Below are positions 21,134 to 45,543 of a DNA stretch of 64,000 nucleotides, piece by piece. Position numbers and translations under genes: made by a program. The notes under the pieces were generated by a model. The model had not been told where the DNA came from, ran no database searches, and worked only from the letters and a program-made list of their open reading frames with translations. Source of the stretch: the human T2T-CHM13v2.0 reference genome, Homo sapiens; the NCBI RefSeq assembly GCF_009914755.1, contig NC_060932.1; one strand, 5' to 3'. The stretch's first letter is position 1; every line of letters starts with the position of its first letter.

Positions 21134-21653
21134 TCTTTTTGAACATGAAGCTGAGAGACTTGGAGGTCTAAAGCTAAAGCTGCCGTCTTGCTTTCACATG
21201 AAGCCTGAAACTAGCGTTAACTAAGATGAAATCAATGCTAAGAGAAAGAAAAAAAAAAAAAAGACCTCATAATATTGGTTGAATGCAAACTTAGCTGTGC
21301 CTGAGTTAAGCCCTATTCCTCAACTTTGCAACTTACACAATTCCCTTTCTTGTTTAAGCTCGTTTCATTAGGTATCCTGTTACTTGTAACCAGAGTCCAA
21401 GCTGAGACACTTGATACACAAAAATCAATATGTGTATTTTTTTAATCCATAAATCTCCTTATGGCAGGGGCAGATCTCACCCTGATCTGGACACTCTGTT
21501 TGCTACTTAGACTTGGTCTCTGTGGGTCATGACACAGATCCTGAATTGGCCTAGAATCCTAATCCAGCTGTGGTGGTGCAGAATCCCACCCTAGCCCTGG
21601 TGTCTTGGCCAAGTCAGGTATAGCCTTTCTGTGAAACAGTGTTTCAGATATTA

Positions 21654-21869
<216 letters not shown>

Positions 21870-22868
21870 CTACGTCACATAAAACTTATGGCCAGATTTA
21901 AGTGAGTTACACTTTATTCTCAAATATTCACATTTTAGTCTTTATTCCAATAAGGCAATAGCTAACCATGGTTTCCTCACACTTCAAGGGTTGTGGATCC
22001 AAATCTCCTACTAAACTTCTTGTTTTATTCCTTTTTTTCTGTAGAGCCCAGAAATTCCCCAAATGTTATTAACAACCAGTCAAAACTTCTGAATGACAAG
22101 TTTATTCCTGTTACTGAGTTCATAAATTCAAGCCAACAGCACATAAACTTAATAAGCTGCCTCTCTAGGGTCAACTATAATTTTTGTTAGCCTCTTTAAA
22201 ATAATAAAAATGACATGTGGATTCCATTCTTCCCTTCCTAATTCCCCAGTTAGGACCTACTGCTTTTTGAAAAGCAAATTTTAAGGTAGGTCCTTAAGGC
22301 ATCTAAAATAATTGCTCCCACTTTCAAAGGTGCCTAATTTATCATCAGGGCATAGTAAGGAAAAATCTAGTTAAATGTCTGAAAAATACATATATTTTTA
22401 AGATGTAAACTTACATCTTAAACTTACACATGCTTCTGTGTATCAGTGGATATAAAAAAGCATGAGACATCTTTACCTTAAGGAACTCAACATTTATATG
22501 GGGGATGTGGTCTAAACCCACATCAAAATTAAATATAATGATATACATTGAATAACAATAAGTGATGCTACAGTGCTATATAAAATGAATCACCTACCAA
22601 CTAAGGGTTAGAGATAATAAGTATTCTTCATATAGAGGAGCTCAAGCTAGAACTGCCTGAGAAGCCTCAGGGAAAAGGCAAGGTGTAGGGTAAACATTTT
22701 TGAGTCTATGGTATGGATATGTGGAGAGCAAGGAGGGCATTAGGCAGAGAGCATCAACACACAAAAAGGAAAGACATGTAAGAGATAATAAGGCAATGGG
22801 TTTAGCTGGAAAATTTAGCAAGAGAAGAATTATGTGAGGGGAAGCTAGAAAGCTATGCTGGGGTCTAG

Positions 22869-24557
<1,689 letters not shown>

Positions 24558-25249
24558 CTAGCAAAGTAGCTATCCCTCTTTGGTAGGCTCATATTTCAGA
24601 GTGGCAAGGTAAGGTGTTTGCCAAAAGAAAGTTATTTAAGGATTGGTACGCAACACGATCTTAAAAAAAAAAGTTATTTAAGGAAGACAGAAGGATAAAC
24701 TAACGGAATAGACAAACAGGGAAAGTAGATCTGTTTGAATACGGAAAACATAAACTGTCTCAATCTTTTTTTGTTTTGAAGTATAAACCTTTGATACAAC
24801 TCAATATAAATAAAAAAAATTGAGAGTTCCTCTGAAGATTAAAGTATCACAGCAAAGGTATTTCCAGGCTTAGGAGCAATTCTCTCAAACAGGAATCATT
24901 TAAATTCTTTTTAATAGGGCAAATTAAATAATTAACACTAAACTTCTATCTGAATATATATTTGTTTCTATAGCTGGGCACAGTGGTGTGCCTGTAGTCC
25001 CTGGGCAACCTAGTGAGACTCCATCTGAAATAAAAAAACAGGAACCAAAAAAAAGGAAGAAAAGAGAATTGTATTTACAGAAATATGTCAGAGATTATTG
25101 AAAACCACATATATTTAAGAATTTAATTTTAGAAATTCTAGAATTTTCTAAGAACTTCTAAATAGAAAAATTAGAGCAGTAGTAGCACATGGGTAGCCAA
25201 AGTATTCTTTGAAGTTGGCATAAGTGGTACAGAAAAAGAGGGCAGTAGA

Positions 25250-26000
25250 TAATCATTTATTCATTTAAGCAGCAATTTTTTTTGGTGCCCTCTTCTATGT
25301 GGCATGCCCTGTTTTAAATCCAAGGATACAGCAGTAAATTTGTGTTCACATTCTAAAGGGGTCAAAAAAAAGATGTCAAAACATATCAGATGGTTACAGT
25401 GCTAAGAAGAAAAAGCGGGGAAAGAGGAAACAGAGGTGTTACTTTACATAGGTAAAATACTACACCATGATCATGCCTAATGAACTAATGAACATTTTCT
25501 GTTAGCACGACCCTGTAAACAGATACTCAATGCTTAAAGCAGTTAGTGAGCCACATGGAAATAAGAGCGTTCTAGGCAGAGGGAACAGCAAGTGCCAGTG
25601 CTCTGAGCCATGAGCCTGCTGGCACATTTTACAAACCATAAGGAAGTCAATATGGCTGGATTGCAGACCAGCAGAAGTTCAGTGATAGGACATGAGCTCA
25701 CAGAGGCTGTAGGAGCCAGACCACACAGAGGTGTGCAGTCTGTGATAAGGACTAAGGATCTTGTTCTTGGTAAGATGGGAAGTCATTCTGAAAAGGAAGA
25801 GGATTATCCGGCTTACATCTTAACAGAATCAGTCTGGCTGAAAACAGAGCTTTAAGAAGTGAAGGGCACAAGTAGAAAGACTCGCCGGAAGGCAAGTGCT
25901 TGATTGGGGCTCCAGATGGCAGTGGCTTGGGTGAAAAGGATAGTAAAAGAGGTGGTGAGATATATTTAGAAGGTAGAGAAAACTGTCCCCATTGGCTTCT
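25250..26000 (-). mobile_element. L2 LINE fragments
   Basis: Reverse L2 motifs (GTTCTAGGCAGAGGGAACAGCAAGTGC, TTTAGAAGGTAGAG). Confidence 0.6.
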
Positions 26001-26066
26001 TTAACATTAAAATAATTTAAGATATAATTCATACATCATAAAATTCACCATCAAAAAAGGTACGTA

Positions 26067-26975
<909 letters not shown>

Positions 26976-26999
26976 CAGATATGTTTTTAAATTACTTAC

Positions 27000-27085
27000 T
27001 GTTTGCAGTGTACACCAAAATCTTCTATTTTATTAAGTGGAATAGTCTGGTACTCAGAAGGTCCTTCATCAGGAGGTTTGTAGCC
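27000..27085 (-). CDS. COPS5: COPS5 coding exon 5 (GYKPPDEGPSEYQTIPLNKIEDFGVHCKQ)
   Basis: TTTAG acceptor, GTAAGT donor; 86 nt. Confidence 0.96.
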
Positions 27086-27117
27086 CTAAACAAAAATGAG
27101 GTAAACAGAAGATTAAG

Positions 27118-27176
<59 letters not shown>
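27118..27176 (+). repeat. A16 + (TA)n microsatellite in COPS5 intron 4
   Basis: Read directly from the sequence. Confidence 0.95.
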
Positions 27177-27182
<6 letters not shown>

Positions 27183-27702
27183 GAGAAAAACATGTTTTCT
27201 ATGGAGCTTTCTAATAATAGGATTATTAACTTTCGGAGGCAAATATTTAACATGAGCATTCTAATAAAAAAAAAATACTGTTTCTACTTTCCCCCCACCC
27301 AGTTTGGTGGCTGTAGGCTGGATTTTGCTTACAGATTTATTTTTCTTCTCCTTAGGTGATGTACTTTTGTTCTAATAACTATTTCAGATTGCGGCCTCCT
27401 GCCAGGGAAGGAAATAGACCTATAGATTTAGCTTGTTTTTTCTCTAGTACCTGGCAGAATGCCACAGGCACACAGATACTTATTAATAAATAAAGACTGC
27501 TTTTCCAGTAAAATTAACAATATATAACATAAATGTATTACCCTTTGCTAGGGACAGCTTGTGGTAGTTTACTATTTTGTAAATATTATTGAATTGTTTT
27601 AATAACAAGAGATATTGCTAATGTCTTTAATAATAAGTCAAATATTTGGAATTTAAAAAATGTAAGGACTTATAATTTTAAAAATTACTAAGCATTCCTA
27701 CC

Positions 27703-27911
<209 letters not shown>

Positions 27912-28527
27912 CTATAAGAAAGATATATTTAATATCTGCTGATATAAAACTGTATGCCTTTTATTTAAACATTATAAACCTAGAAATGTATACATACATA
28001 TAACACTATATACATACATAATAACCAAATAAGAATAAACCAAAAAACCATAAAAGTTCAGTAAGAGGGTAATATAAGTGTCTCACAGCTAACTTAGAGA
28101 TTCAAATTATTATAACATTTAAGAATATTATTTGAAGGTTTGCTCATCTATTTTTAAAAAGTTTTCTTTTGTCCTTTTAAGAGGTGAATAACTCCTACCT
28201 TCCTCATAAAACCTGGATTGCACTTAAAACACCCTGAACATAATAAGAGCTGCTCTAGCAATTCCTGCTTAACTCAGTTCAGTCAACACTGATTGAATGC
28301 CTATGATGAGCTGGCACTGAGACATAGATGCTATGACTACCCACAATTTACAGAGGGGAGAAGCAAGATACACAGTGGTTAAATAATTTGCTCAAAGTCC
28401 CAGCTTCTAAGAGATGGAATTCACATTGAAACCTAGGCAGACTGATACCAGAGCAATTTCTCTTTACTACACTATTCTTATTTCTCAGTATACTTGCTTC
28501 AGCAAATCTTCATAAAGAACTTAATTA

Positions 28528-28677
<150 letters not shown>

Positions 28678-29188
28678 CTAACAAATGAAGGGGCAAAAAA
28701 GTTTAAGATTACTCTTTAATTAATTTACAAGGTACCAGTACAATAAGGGTAACCAGTCTCCTTCCCATCTCCTTCTCCTCAATTACCCACTTTTCTCAGC
28801 CCAGATGCGAAATCTATGGGCAATTGCTTACCCTTACAGAGATATTCTTTGTATACAGAATACATATTCTTTGCACATACATAGATTGATAAAAACACAC
28901 ACAATAGCATACCACATAACATAATAATGTTTTACACTTTGTTTTTTCACTCAATAAACTGCTTTGGAGTTTGCTTCATATAAATCATCAATATATATGA
29001 TGGTTATCTTTTTATTTTTTTTTCTTTTAAAGGCTGCCTGGCAGTCCACTGATGGATATACCATAATTTATTTAGCCAGTTTTATACTCAGGAACTGAGT
29101 TAGGTTGTTTCCAAATTTTTTATTTTAAACACGTATCTGATAATAAGTGTGAGAGTTTATTTAAAAAAAAAATAAAATCCATGCCATA

Positions 29189-29532
<344 letters not shown>

Positions 29533-29652
29533 TTAATCTCGTACATTTTACATATAAATCATTAAAATTTAAATATAAAATTTCATGTAAAGGGGATAAT
29601 TTTAAGTTTAGAAACTCAAAAGTCACCTTGAGACTCTAACTTGCAATTACTA

Positions 29653-29961
<309 letters not shown>

Positions 29962-30274
29962 TCAGAAAAGTTTTTATGAAGATAAAGAGTAAGTATTGAA
30001 GGAATTTAGAGCGATGGAAAGGGAGTGTAGACTACGGGGAGAAAAAGTATAAAAGGACAGTTTTTGCAGGCTGGAAACAATAAGTATGTCATAGTGCAGC
30101 AACGTATCCCCCTTAGGGGAGGGGAAAAGTCTGAAATACTTTTTTAATATGCTATTCAAATAAGGGAGTAACATGACCAGTTCAACAGACTTTTTCTCCA
30201 TTAATTTGGAATCACCCAATCTTGGATTCTGACTGCTTGGATGGTTGTGCCTAACTGTTCTGAGGCCTAACCTT

Positions 30275-30520
30275 CTGGCCTAATGGTTAAGAATGTGGGT
30301 TCTGACATTCATCTGCTAAGGTCTGAATCTTGACATTGCCATTCCCTAGCTGTGGTATTGGGACAACCCTGTAATATCTGTGCCTAGGTTTCCTTTTCTG
30401 TAAATAGGGATATTCATAATTGTTGTTAGGATGAAATAAATGAAATAATGTATATAAAGTGCTTAGTGCCTTACACATACTAGAACCCTAATAAGTGCTA
30501 GCTGTTATCAGCATTATTAA
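30275..30520 (+). mobile_element. MIR SINE
   Basis: MIR core motifs (TCTGTGCCTAGGTTTCC...CTGTAAATAGGGATA, GTGCTTAG...ATAAGTGCTAGCT). Confidence 0.7.
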
Positions 30521-31779
30521 CCTGTCTCTTAACCCTACTCTCAAAGAACAGAGTGTTGAAGGGTGGGCTTCCCTGTTATATCAGCCTTAAATTAAAAAGT
30601 AGCCCTAATATCCTAGTCTCCTATGATCACTATTTCAGAGTTGGTCATCAGTGAATTAAACTCTTGAATAAAATTACATTTTGGTCTCATTAATGCAGCC
30701 CAAGACAGCTAGGATGAATATAATTAGAGCCACAATTAGACAGTGAGGCAGGCCAACAGTTTCCAAATATTTAAGAGTACACGAACCTAAAATGCACAGC
30801 CTGTTACAGAAGCAAGCAGATAACCAAGCAACTTAAGCAGCCTTACAGAGCAGTCAGTCAACGTCTCTACAAAGCCTTTTTAGATGTCTGCCCACAGAAA
30901 GAATCCAAATTTAATTCCTAAGCTTTGCCAGATTTCAACCAAAAGCTGAAAAATGTGTAGACCTCATGTTGGAAGTCAAGACATGAATCGAAATCTTGGC
31001 TTCTCCCTTTACTGGAGAAAAGAAGAAAGACAAGTTACTGTGCTCCTATTACATACATTCTAGACGACTCTTTTTATACATTATCTCACCTAATCTCTAT
31101 GACAATACCAATAAGTAGGTCTTATTTCCATATTATGACAAATGAAGATGGATAAGTAAATTTCCTAAGGTCAATCAACTAGTTAGTGACAGCTGTGAGA
31201 TTTGATCTTAGGTCTGACTATTGCTCAGTTGAGAGTTCACTTATGTCAGTATGATCATAAATTACATAACGTATTTGCTTGTTTTTTAATTTGTAACAAA
31301 AGGATGGATATACTGTACTGGGTTGTCATGAAAATTAAATGACGTGGAAATCTCTAGCTAGGTGCTTCCGCAGTTCACCATTGTGGAATCTGAATACTGA
31401 GAGACAAGGCTAGCCTTGTAAAAAAAACTGTGAGGCAGTAGAAGTATGTCCTCTTGTTGACCACAGCTTTCCTTTCTATCTAACCATTAGCTTTCGTGCT
31501 CTTTTTACTCTCAAACATAACCCGTAATAATTATCTTTTCCTGATAGCAGGAAATCTCTCAGGAGATGCTCTCAGGAAAAGATAAATATTATGGGTAAAG
31601 ATCCCTCGACTTGTCACCACTCCCAGGGAAAAATGGATATTGTTGAAGGGCAAAAGGTCTTAAGCTCTATTTTTATAATTTCTGGCTTATGGGAACTGGT
31701 GGAGTAACATTTTAGAGACCAGGTAGTAGAGCCTCCGTGTGCCTCCGAAATAATTACCAGCAATCAAAAAACTATTATA

Positions 31780-31912
31780 GGCCCAGGCCTCACGCCTGTA
31801 ATCCCAGCACTTTGGAAGGCGAAGGCGGGAGGATCGCTTGAAGGCAGAAGCTCGAGATCAGCCTGAGCAACACAGCGAGGACCCATTTCTATTAAAAAAA
31901 AAAGAAAAGAAA
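31780..31912 (+). mobile_element. FLAM/Alu monomer
   Basis: Left-arm consensus plus A tail. Confidence 0.8.
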
Positions 31913-32318
31913 ATAGCTCATAGCTATTTTTGAGACCTTGGGCTGCTGACTCGATTTCTGAAAACAGCTGCAATCCCCAGTTTGGGATTAGTTGAAGACC
32001 CAAACAAGGTGCATGTCGACACTGGGCTCAAGGTAGGGTGTGTGGCATATATGACAATACGGATGTTCAGAAGTGACAACTTAAATCACCGCTTGTTGTT
32101 CTCCCCTTACATCACCCGGGGGCAAATGGATTAAAGCGACAGAAAGGGGAGTGAAAGCCCCAGCGGAGGGCTTAGGCTCTACTTGCAGATCCAAGACGCA
32201 TATTCTGTCCCCCTCCCAGTCGGTGAAAGCTCTTCACCCCTTTCACCTCCCTCTCCCTCTGGGTCTCTTAAACTCCGCCACCCTTTCCCTCCCCTGCGTC
32301 TCGCCAGGGACCTCCTCA

Positions 32319-33100
<782 letters not shown>

Positions 33101-33562
33101 CTAACGGGCTCGTGGTGGCTTGGCACTTCACTTGCAGATGGGCTTTTTCTATCGATGCGAGGAGGCAGTGGGTACTCCTTGATTGCTTTTTTGCGCTTTG
33201 GTAAAAGTTAACATCTACGTATATATAATGTGCCATTACTGATCTGAAAATGTCCAGTACTCAGTTCTCGTAACAGGTTACAGTTAAATCTTTGGCACTC
33301 CTGTGAACCGCATTTGTTCCCAAAGCGTAATTAATCTGGGTAACTGGTTTGTTTTCTTCCTACAGTTAATACAATGTTTAATTTTTTTATTAGTTCACGT
33401 GTTTTAGGTTTTCTTTTTTCTCCATCTCATTCTTCCATCCGTGCAAGATTTTAAGTTTCAAGACACAGGGAGCAGGTCTGCGTTCCTTGTTTTATCTCCT
33501 AGCACCTAGCATAGGTGTTCAAGATTTTTTTTTCTTTTATTTCCTGAAAAGATAGCATGACA

Positions 33563-33897
33563 GGCCAGGCGCGGTGGCTCACGCCTGTAATCCCAGCACT
33601 TTGGGCAGCCGAGGCGGGCTGATCACTTGAGGTCGGGAGTTCAAGACCAGCCTGGCCAACATGGTGAAACCCCGTCTCTACTAAAAAAATACAAAAAAAA
33701 ATTAGCCGGGCGTGATGATGTGCGCCTGTAGTCCCGGCTACTCATGAGGCTGAGGCAGGAGAATCGTTTGAACCCAGGAGGCGGAAGTTGCAGTGATCCG
33801 AGATTGCGCCACTCCAGCCTGTTAGACAGAGCCAGTCTCAAAAAAAAAAAAAAAAAAAAAAAGAAAGAAAGAAAGAAAAAAGAAGAAAAAAGAAAAG
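33563..33897 (+). mobile_element. Alu (AluS-type) between the two promoters
   Basis: Full dimer; TSD-like GAAAAGATAGCA. Confidence 0.92.
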
Positions 33898-34621
33898 ATA
33901 GCACCACAGCTGTTAACAACCTGGCCCCTATGCACCTCTTCCAGCTTCATCTCTTTTTAGTCCCCCCTTGAAACTTTTCATTCTAGCAATGCAGATATCT
34001 TTACTTTGGCTTTGCATATGTGGTCAGCATTGCTTGAAACGCTCTTTCGTAAATTTTCTGCCTGGGAACTCCTATTAATCTTTAAAAATGCAGTCCAGTG
34101 AGATCGACCACGAACTCTTTCTTGACGCTCCAATTACCATTCCTTCCATTATGTCTGTAAGTCTCCGTAGGTGCTTCTATAACTGTTACAATGCGTTGTA
34201 ATAATCAGTTAAGACAAAAACATTAGAATTATTGAATCCACACCACAGCTTGCTGTTTTGGCACTGACTTTCCGTTGAAGAAAATTTCCTTTAAAACCAT
34301 CTTACAAAGAAATTTAGGGTAAAATAGTACATTAATACCTACCCTTAGTTCCACTCTCCTGGGAAACTAGAGGTCTCTTTTCTAGTGGTAGCATATGGCC
34401 ATATGCGATTGTATTGGGGTGAACTGAATAATATGTTGAAAATGGTAATGAAAGCCCAGGACCCAACGTTGACCACACTCCTGGGCTAGGAGTAATGCCC
34501 TGAGAGGTATGCCAACACTTTTCCTCTCACTACCACCCCTCCCCATTTTTCTTTCCAGGCTCTTACACTGTTCCTAAGCTGGCTGGTGCATGGGAGGCTG
34601 GAGAGGCTGCAATAGATTTAG

Positions 34622-35690
<1,069 letters not shown>

Positions 35691-36094
35691 TTGAACCTCT
35701 TGTTTCTAACTGCCTTGATTTTAGGAATCTTATGTGGGACTCAAATCCAGTTGTCAGTACATGTTATTAATGGGACTCATCTTTTGAGAGAGGCTAGCTC
35801 TCAAGATTGTAGGATTAAGACGCTTAACTAGGATTGCGGGGAAGACTAAATTCTGAAGTAAACCATCACCTACTTTCCAAACACCTTGGAAAATGCAGGG
35901 GCTTAAAAGCAACCGATAGGAATTTATAAAAAGCCTAAATTAGGCTTTATTCTGTGTGAAGGAATGACTTGTAATGTTGACAAGCTCCATGGAAGCTATT
36001 GAGGTATTTTCTTTTCTCCATATCATTCTTCTCCCTAGGAGGTCGCTAGCTTTCTGGTGATTAAATGTCTGCTGAAATGCTCCACAAGGATCAA

Positions 36095-38636
<2,542 letters not shown>

Positions 38637-39213
38637 TAGGTTCTCTGTCATAATTTTTATATGCATTATTTTCTTTTTTCTTCATAATATACTAGAATAA
38701 ATGATATTTCTGTTTTATAGATTAGGCATAGAGCAGTTAAGGAACATGCTTGAGGTCATTCATGTTGAGATCAATAAGTGATAGAAGTATATTTCAAACT
38801 CAGTTCTTTCAATTAAACTATTTTCCTGAAAACTGTTTATCATCTACATACTATGTACACAGCTACTGGAGAAATAATACTTGGCCATGATGTCTTGAAA
38901 AAAGTTGTGAGTGACTTTATATTGTAGAGTGTCATATATAAATAATCTCATTTAGGTTTCTTTCAGCTGATTTATTTTTGGCAACTTAATCCTTAAATTA
39001 TAAACTTTCTTACTCTATATTGTACCTATGCCATATTTATTAACCCAGTCTCTGTGATTCACCAAGTAATTCTTGAATAATTGTGTAGTTGAAATATGTT
39101 TTCTGTAAGTTACCACATGCTTTTAGGAGTGAGAAAAAGAAAAGTGGCCGTGATATCTAGAAACTGGTATTGCTAGAAACTAGCCTGGCATTCACAGTAA
39201 CTTTGTGTTTTTC

Positions 39214-39684
39214 TGTTGAAGATAAACTATTGTACAGAATGTCAACATCAGATAAGGCCGCTCTGTGTCTATGATGGATCAAGACAAAAACATTCCATCA
39301 GTGTCTCCAAACACAGACAAAACGTAAATATTGTCCAAGAACCGAGATACCAAACATTCCCTTTCCCAGCTGATGTGAATGACTACTGCTTGTTTACCAG
39401 TTACAGCATTAGCCTCCCCCTATATTTTAGATTTATTGAGTGGTACCATCATAGAATTAACCCCACTTCTAACAGTGTTCAATCCTGAGCAAAGCTCCAC
39501 TTCCTCAAATTAAGCCTTCCCCCAAATCACCCAACACATATAAGTCTTTTCCAATACCCTCTTACCACGATACCACAGGGTTCCCCATGGTGTGTGTTCT
39601 CCGTGCATTCCTTAATGCAATGAGTAGTACATCCAACTTAACTGTGGTAGTTTTCCTGGTGTTCTTTGGCTGGAGATCATTACC
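39214..39684 (+). mobile_element. Probable ERV solo LTR (family not assigned)
   Basis: TG...CA-bounded ~470-bp block with LTR-like composition (TGTTGAAGATAAA...TTTGGCTGGAGATCATTACCA). Confidence 0.5.
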
Positions 39685-40104
39685 AGGAGAAAGCTCATTA
39701 GTGTCTTTGACTCTTTAATATTAAAGTCATTATAATCTAATCAGATTAGATACAGGAAAAATTTAGAAATGATTAGAAATGTACTTATATCTCGGATAAA
39801 TCTTATGTTTTAGTTATGGCATATGCTATATTTACTATGGTTGTTTAAAAGTATGTTTTATTTGTACTTTTTGTACTTTTGATTACTGTAAGTTAAAATC
39901 AGTTCTATAATTTATAATGTTAAATAATTACAGTAAAGAGAAAGATAAGCATCTATAAATTCAAGAGGGAGATCTTTCAAAGCCTGGTTAGAACAACATG
40001 TAAATGAACATGTTAAATTAATAATTGTTATTAGGTGGTATGGAAACCTTAGTTCCATGTGAAGGTGGCATGTTACTGTTTTTTTTTTCTTTTTAGATAA
40101 ATGA

Positions 40105-41518
<1,414 letters not shown>

Positions 41519-42259
41519 ACGGCTATGTTTTAAAATCAGTGTTTCTTTTGGCATTACATAATGGCGTGAAGTTTACATTAGGTACTGTTTACCTGTTATA
41601 AGTTTCAACATATTCTTTTAGGTAAAGCCTGCTTTTCTACAATGATATATATATATATTTTACAAATTATTATTGTCCCAAACATTAAGTTCAGGGGATA
41701 CTTTTTTTCTTTAACTTGCTTGCATTTGATATTGTTTACCAGTTCTATTTTGTACCTCTTTCCTCTTTTCCTCAACTAATTATGCTGATTGGGTTTGTTT
41801 CATATCCCTGTTTTAATTATTATTTAATTATTCCCTCTGTTTTTTTTTTTTCCCCCAGCTTCAATTCTTCTGTCACTCCCTCAAGTGAACATTGGCTGTT
41901 GTTTAGTTCTGGGTCATCTCTCTTTTTCCCTCCCTGTGCTCATTTACTGTGGCTTCAACTGTTACCTTTAAAATACATAGTTAATGTAGTTCATTTTCTT
42001 GAATTTGAATCTTGAATTTCTAACCGTCTACTGTAAATTTCCAGTAGCACATCTTACTAGCTCCAACTTAACATATGTAAACCAAACCTTTCTAAATCTT
42101 CCAACTTGCTCTGACTTACTTCTGTCCAAGATTCTATCCACATTTAGCTTCCAGGCCTTAAAACTTTGATCATTAGTGGCTTCTTTTTTGTCTACGTACC
42201 CAATTAGATGCTAACTTTAATGGGACTTTGGAAGATGTGTTTGGAAAAAAATTCTAGGT

Positions 42260-44380
42260 TAAATGAAGAAAGGTTAGTCTTTTCAAAAAATGGTGCTGGA
42301 ATACTCTATTCATATGCAAAAAAGTTGAGCCTTGACACTTACAGATTTGCAAAAATTAACTTTGAATGGATCACAGACTTAAATGTAAGAGAAAAAACTA
42401 AAAACTTCTAAAAGGAAACATAAAAGAAAATATTTGTGATCTTGGGTTAGGCAAAGATTTTTTTTAGCTGGGCGTGGTGGCTCACACCTGTGATCTCAGC
42501 ACTTTGGGAGGCCAAGGCAGGTGGATCACAAGGTCAGGAGATTGAGACCATCTTGAGACCATCCTGGCTAACACGGTGAAATCCCGTCTCTACAAAAAAT
42601 ACAAAAAATTAGCCAGGTGTGGTGGCGGGCGCCTGTAGTCCCAGCTGCTCAGGAGGCTGAGGCAGGAGAATTGTTTGAACCCAAGAGGCGGAGGCTGCAG
42701 TGAGATTGCGCTACTGCACTCCAGCCTGGGCGACAGAGCAAGACTCTGTCTCAAAAAAAAAAAAGATTTTTTTTAGATAGGACACAAAAAGTACAAACAA
42801 ATTTAAAAATTGATAAATTGGACTTGATAAAAATTATAAACTTTCACTGTTAAAAATATATCAAGAAAACTTACAAACCACAGATTGGCAGAAAATATTT
42901 TTACAAAGCAAGTTTTGTAAAATATTGCTTTGTAAAAATAAAGCAAGTTTAATAAATGACTTTTATCAAGTGTATATAAAGAAATCTTACAATTCAATGG
43001 TAATAAAACAACCTGCTGGGCTTGGTGGCTCATGCCTGTAGTTGGAACACTTTGGGAGGCCGAGGCAGGAGGATCACTTGAGTCCAGGAATTGAAGGGGT
43101 AACATTGAGCTATGATCATACCACTCCAGCCTGGGCAACGTAGTGAGATCCTGTGTCTGCAATAAACAAACAAATGAAAAAACTAGCTGGGGATGGTGGT
43201 GCTTGCCTATAGTCCTAGCTGTTCAGGAGGCTGAGGTGGGAGGATTGCTTGAGCCCAGGAGTTCAAGGCTGAAGGTGTACTATGATGGCAACACTGTACT
43301 CTCTAGCCTGTGAAACAACGAGAGAGCCTGTCTCAAAAAAAAAAAAAAAAAAAAAGAAAGAAAGAAAAGCTAATTTTAACAAAAGGGCAGATTTGAGTAG
43401 ATACTTTCCCAATGATTATATGTATGGTAAAAAAATAGATGAAAAGATGCTCAACATCATAGTTATCAGAGAAATGCAGATTAAAACACTCAGAGAGATA
43501 ACCACTAAATAAATACACAATAGAATGACTAAGATAAAAATGACTGAAAATATCACGCCCTGGCAAGGATGTGTAGAAATTGCAATTGTCATTACAACCC
43601 ACATACATTCTTATACATTGGAATGTAAATATGGTACTTTGTACTTTGAGGAACAGTTTAGCAGTTCAGGAATTAGACAACATCTTGACCATATAATAAA
43701 AAATAACATCACTAACAAGGGGCAGGTAAATATCACGTGCCTTCTCTTTGTGACACCTTAAAATTTCACCTAATATTTCTGGTGAGAATGCATAATCTAA
43801 ATTTAGTCATTAAGAAACATCAGGCACACCCTAGATGAGGGATGTTCTATTGAAAAGGATGTTCTGTTACACAGGATTCTTTTACCTGTGTAAATTGGTA
43901 AAAGACAAAGAAAGATGGTAGAGATAGATATTCCAAATTAAAGAAGGCAAAAGAGATATAGCAGTGAAATGCAATCAGTACCTAACTTAGATGGGATCCC
44001 GAATTAGAAAGAGAAAAATAGGCTGTAAAGGCTGCTATTGAGTCAGTTGACAAAAGTGGAATATGGACAATAGATTAAAAAATCAGTGTTACAAAAGTTG
44101 ATAATTATGTTGAGGTTATATAAGAAAATAACCCAATTCTTAAGACACACACACTGAAGAGCTTAGGGGCAAAGGGCTATGATATATATACTTTATTCTC
44201 TGAATAATTTTAGAAAAAATTGTGTTTGTGTGTATGGAGAGAATGACCTTGTGTGCACAAGCAAAGGATGAAGCAAGTGGAGCCAAATCTTAATAGGGAA
44301 TTAATAAAGACTCTTTGTGTGTTCTTGGTATTATTACTGTAACTTCTCTGTAGGTCAGAAATTATCTCCCAATATTTAAA
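42260..44380 (+). mobile_element. Old L1 (L1M-type) 3' fragments interrupted by Alus (about 42466-42763, 43015-43370)
   Basis: L1 ORF2-end motifs (ATGGATCACAGACTTAAATGTAAGA, GAAAAGATGCTCAACATCA...GAAATGCAGATTAAAAC). Confidence 0.75.
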
Positions 44381-44705
44381 AAAAACTTTTTTTTTGAAGT
44401 GCTTTGGCTTAAGGATTTAAAGAGCTTTTTGTTTGCTTGCCTTCGTTTTTTGCCGGAGAGGGAGTGTATATGGAGGGTGGTGGTAGTTTTTCATTTTCTT
44501 TTTATTTCAGATATTTTAAAGTATATTGTAGGCTTTTTGGGGAAGCTGGGAGAGGCAGTAGGCAGGCATATTTATGATCAATCTTAAGTTTGAATTTCTC
44601 AATTTGATAAGTGAGATTGAAAACTAAATGTGGACTAAGCCTACATGTTGATAATTAGGCTAAAAATACTGTGATATAGATACGCTCACTGAAATTTTTT
44701 TTTAA

Positions 44706-44852
<147 letters not shown>

Positions 44853-45251
44853 TAATTGTCTATGGAGATTACTCCTGTGTAAATACAAAACATCCTCTTC
44901 TATGAGTGAGAATCTTCTGTTTTGTAGTATGCTGTCATTCTAGGAGCCTGACTCCAGACAAGATTGCAGTAATTTTGAATGCAGTTTTTCTTTTGTGGTG
45001 GTTTATATCTCACAGTGTTTCTCTTATCTCTTGTTGAAGAATTATTTGGTTATAAAATGATTATGAGACCAGTTCTATTACAAAGAACTTCCACAACATA
45101 AACAGAATAGTTGTAAAAGCAAGTTTATAGTCTATGTGAAAAAATTCAATTTAATTAGTTTAAAAAGTTTTTTTGAAATCTGAAAAAGTGAATTTATTAA
45201 TTTATTTTGTACTATTTGTGTTTCTTAATATAAATTTCTTAAAATAATTGC

Positions 45252-45543
45252 TTTTTTTTTTTTGAGATAGAATCTCGCTCTGTTGGCCAGGCAGGACTGC
45301 AATGGTGTGATCTCAGCTCGCCACAACCTCCGCCTCCCAGGCTCAAGTGATTCTTCTGCCTCAGCCTCATGAGTAGCTGGGACTACAGGTGCCCGCCACT
45401 ATGCCTGGCTAATTTTTGTATTTTTAGTAGAGTTGAGATTTCACTATGTTGGCCAGGCTGGTCTTGAACTCCTGACCTTGAGATCCACCCACCTCGGCCT
45501 CCCAAAATGCTGAGATTACAGGCATGAGCCAGTGTGCCCGGCC
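45252..45543 (-). mobile_element. Alu (AluS-type)
   Basis: Reverse dimer, TSD AAAATAATTG. Confidence 0.9.
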
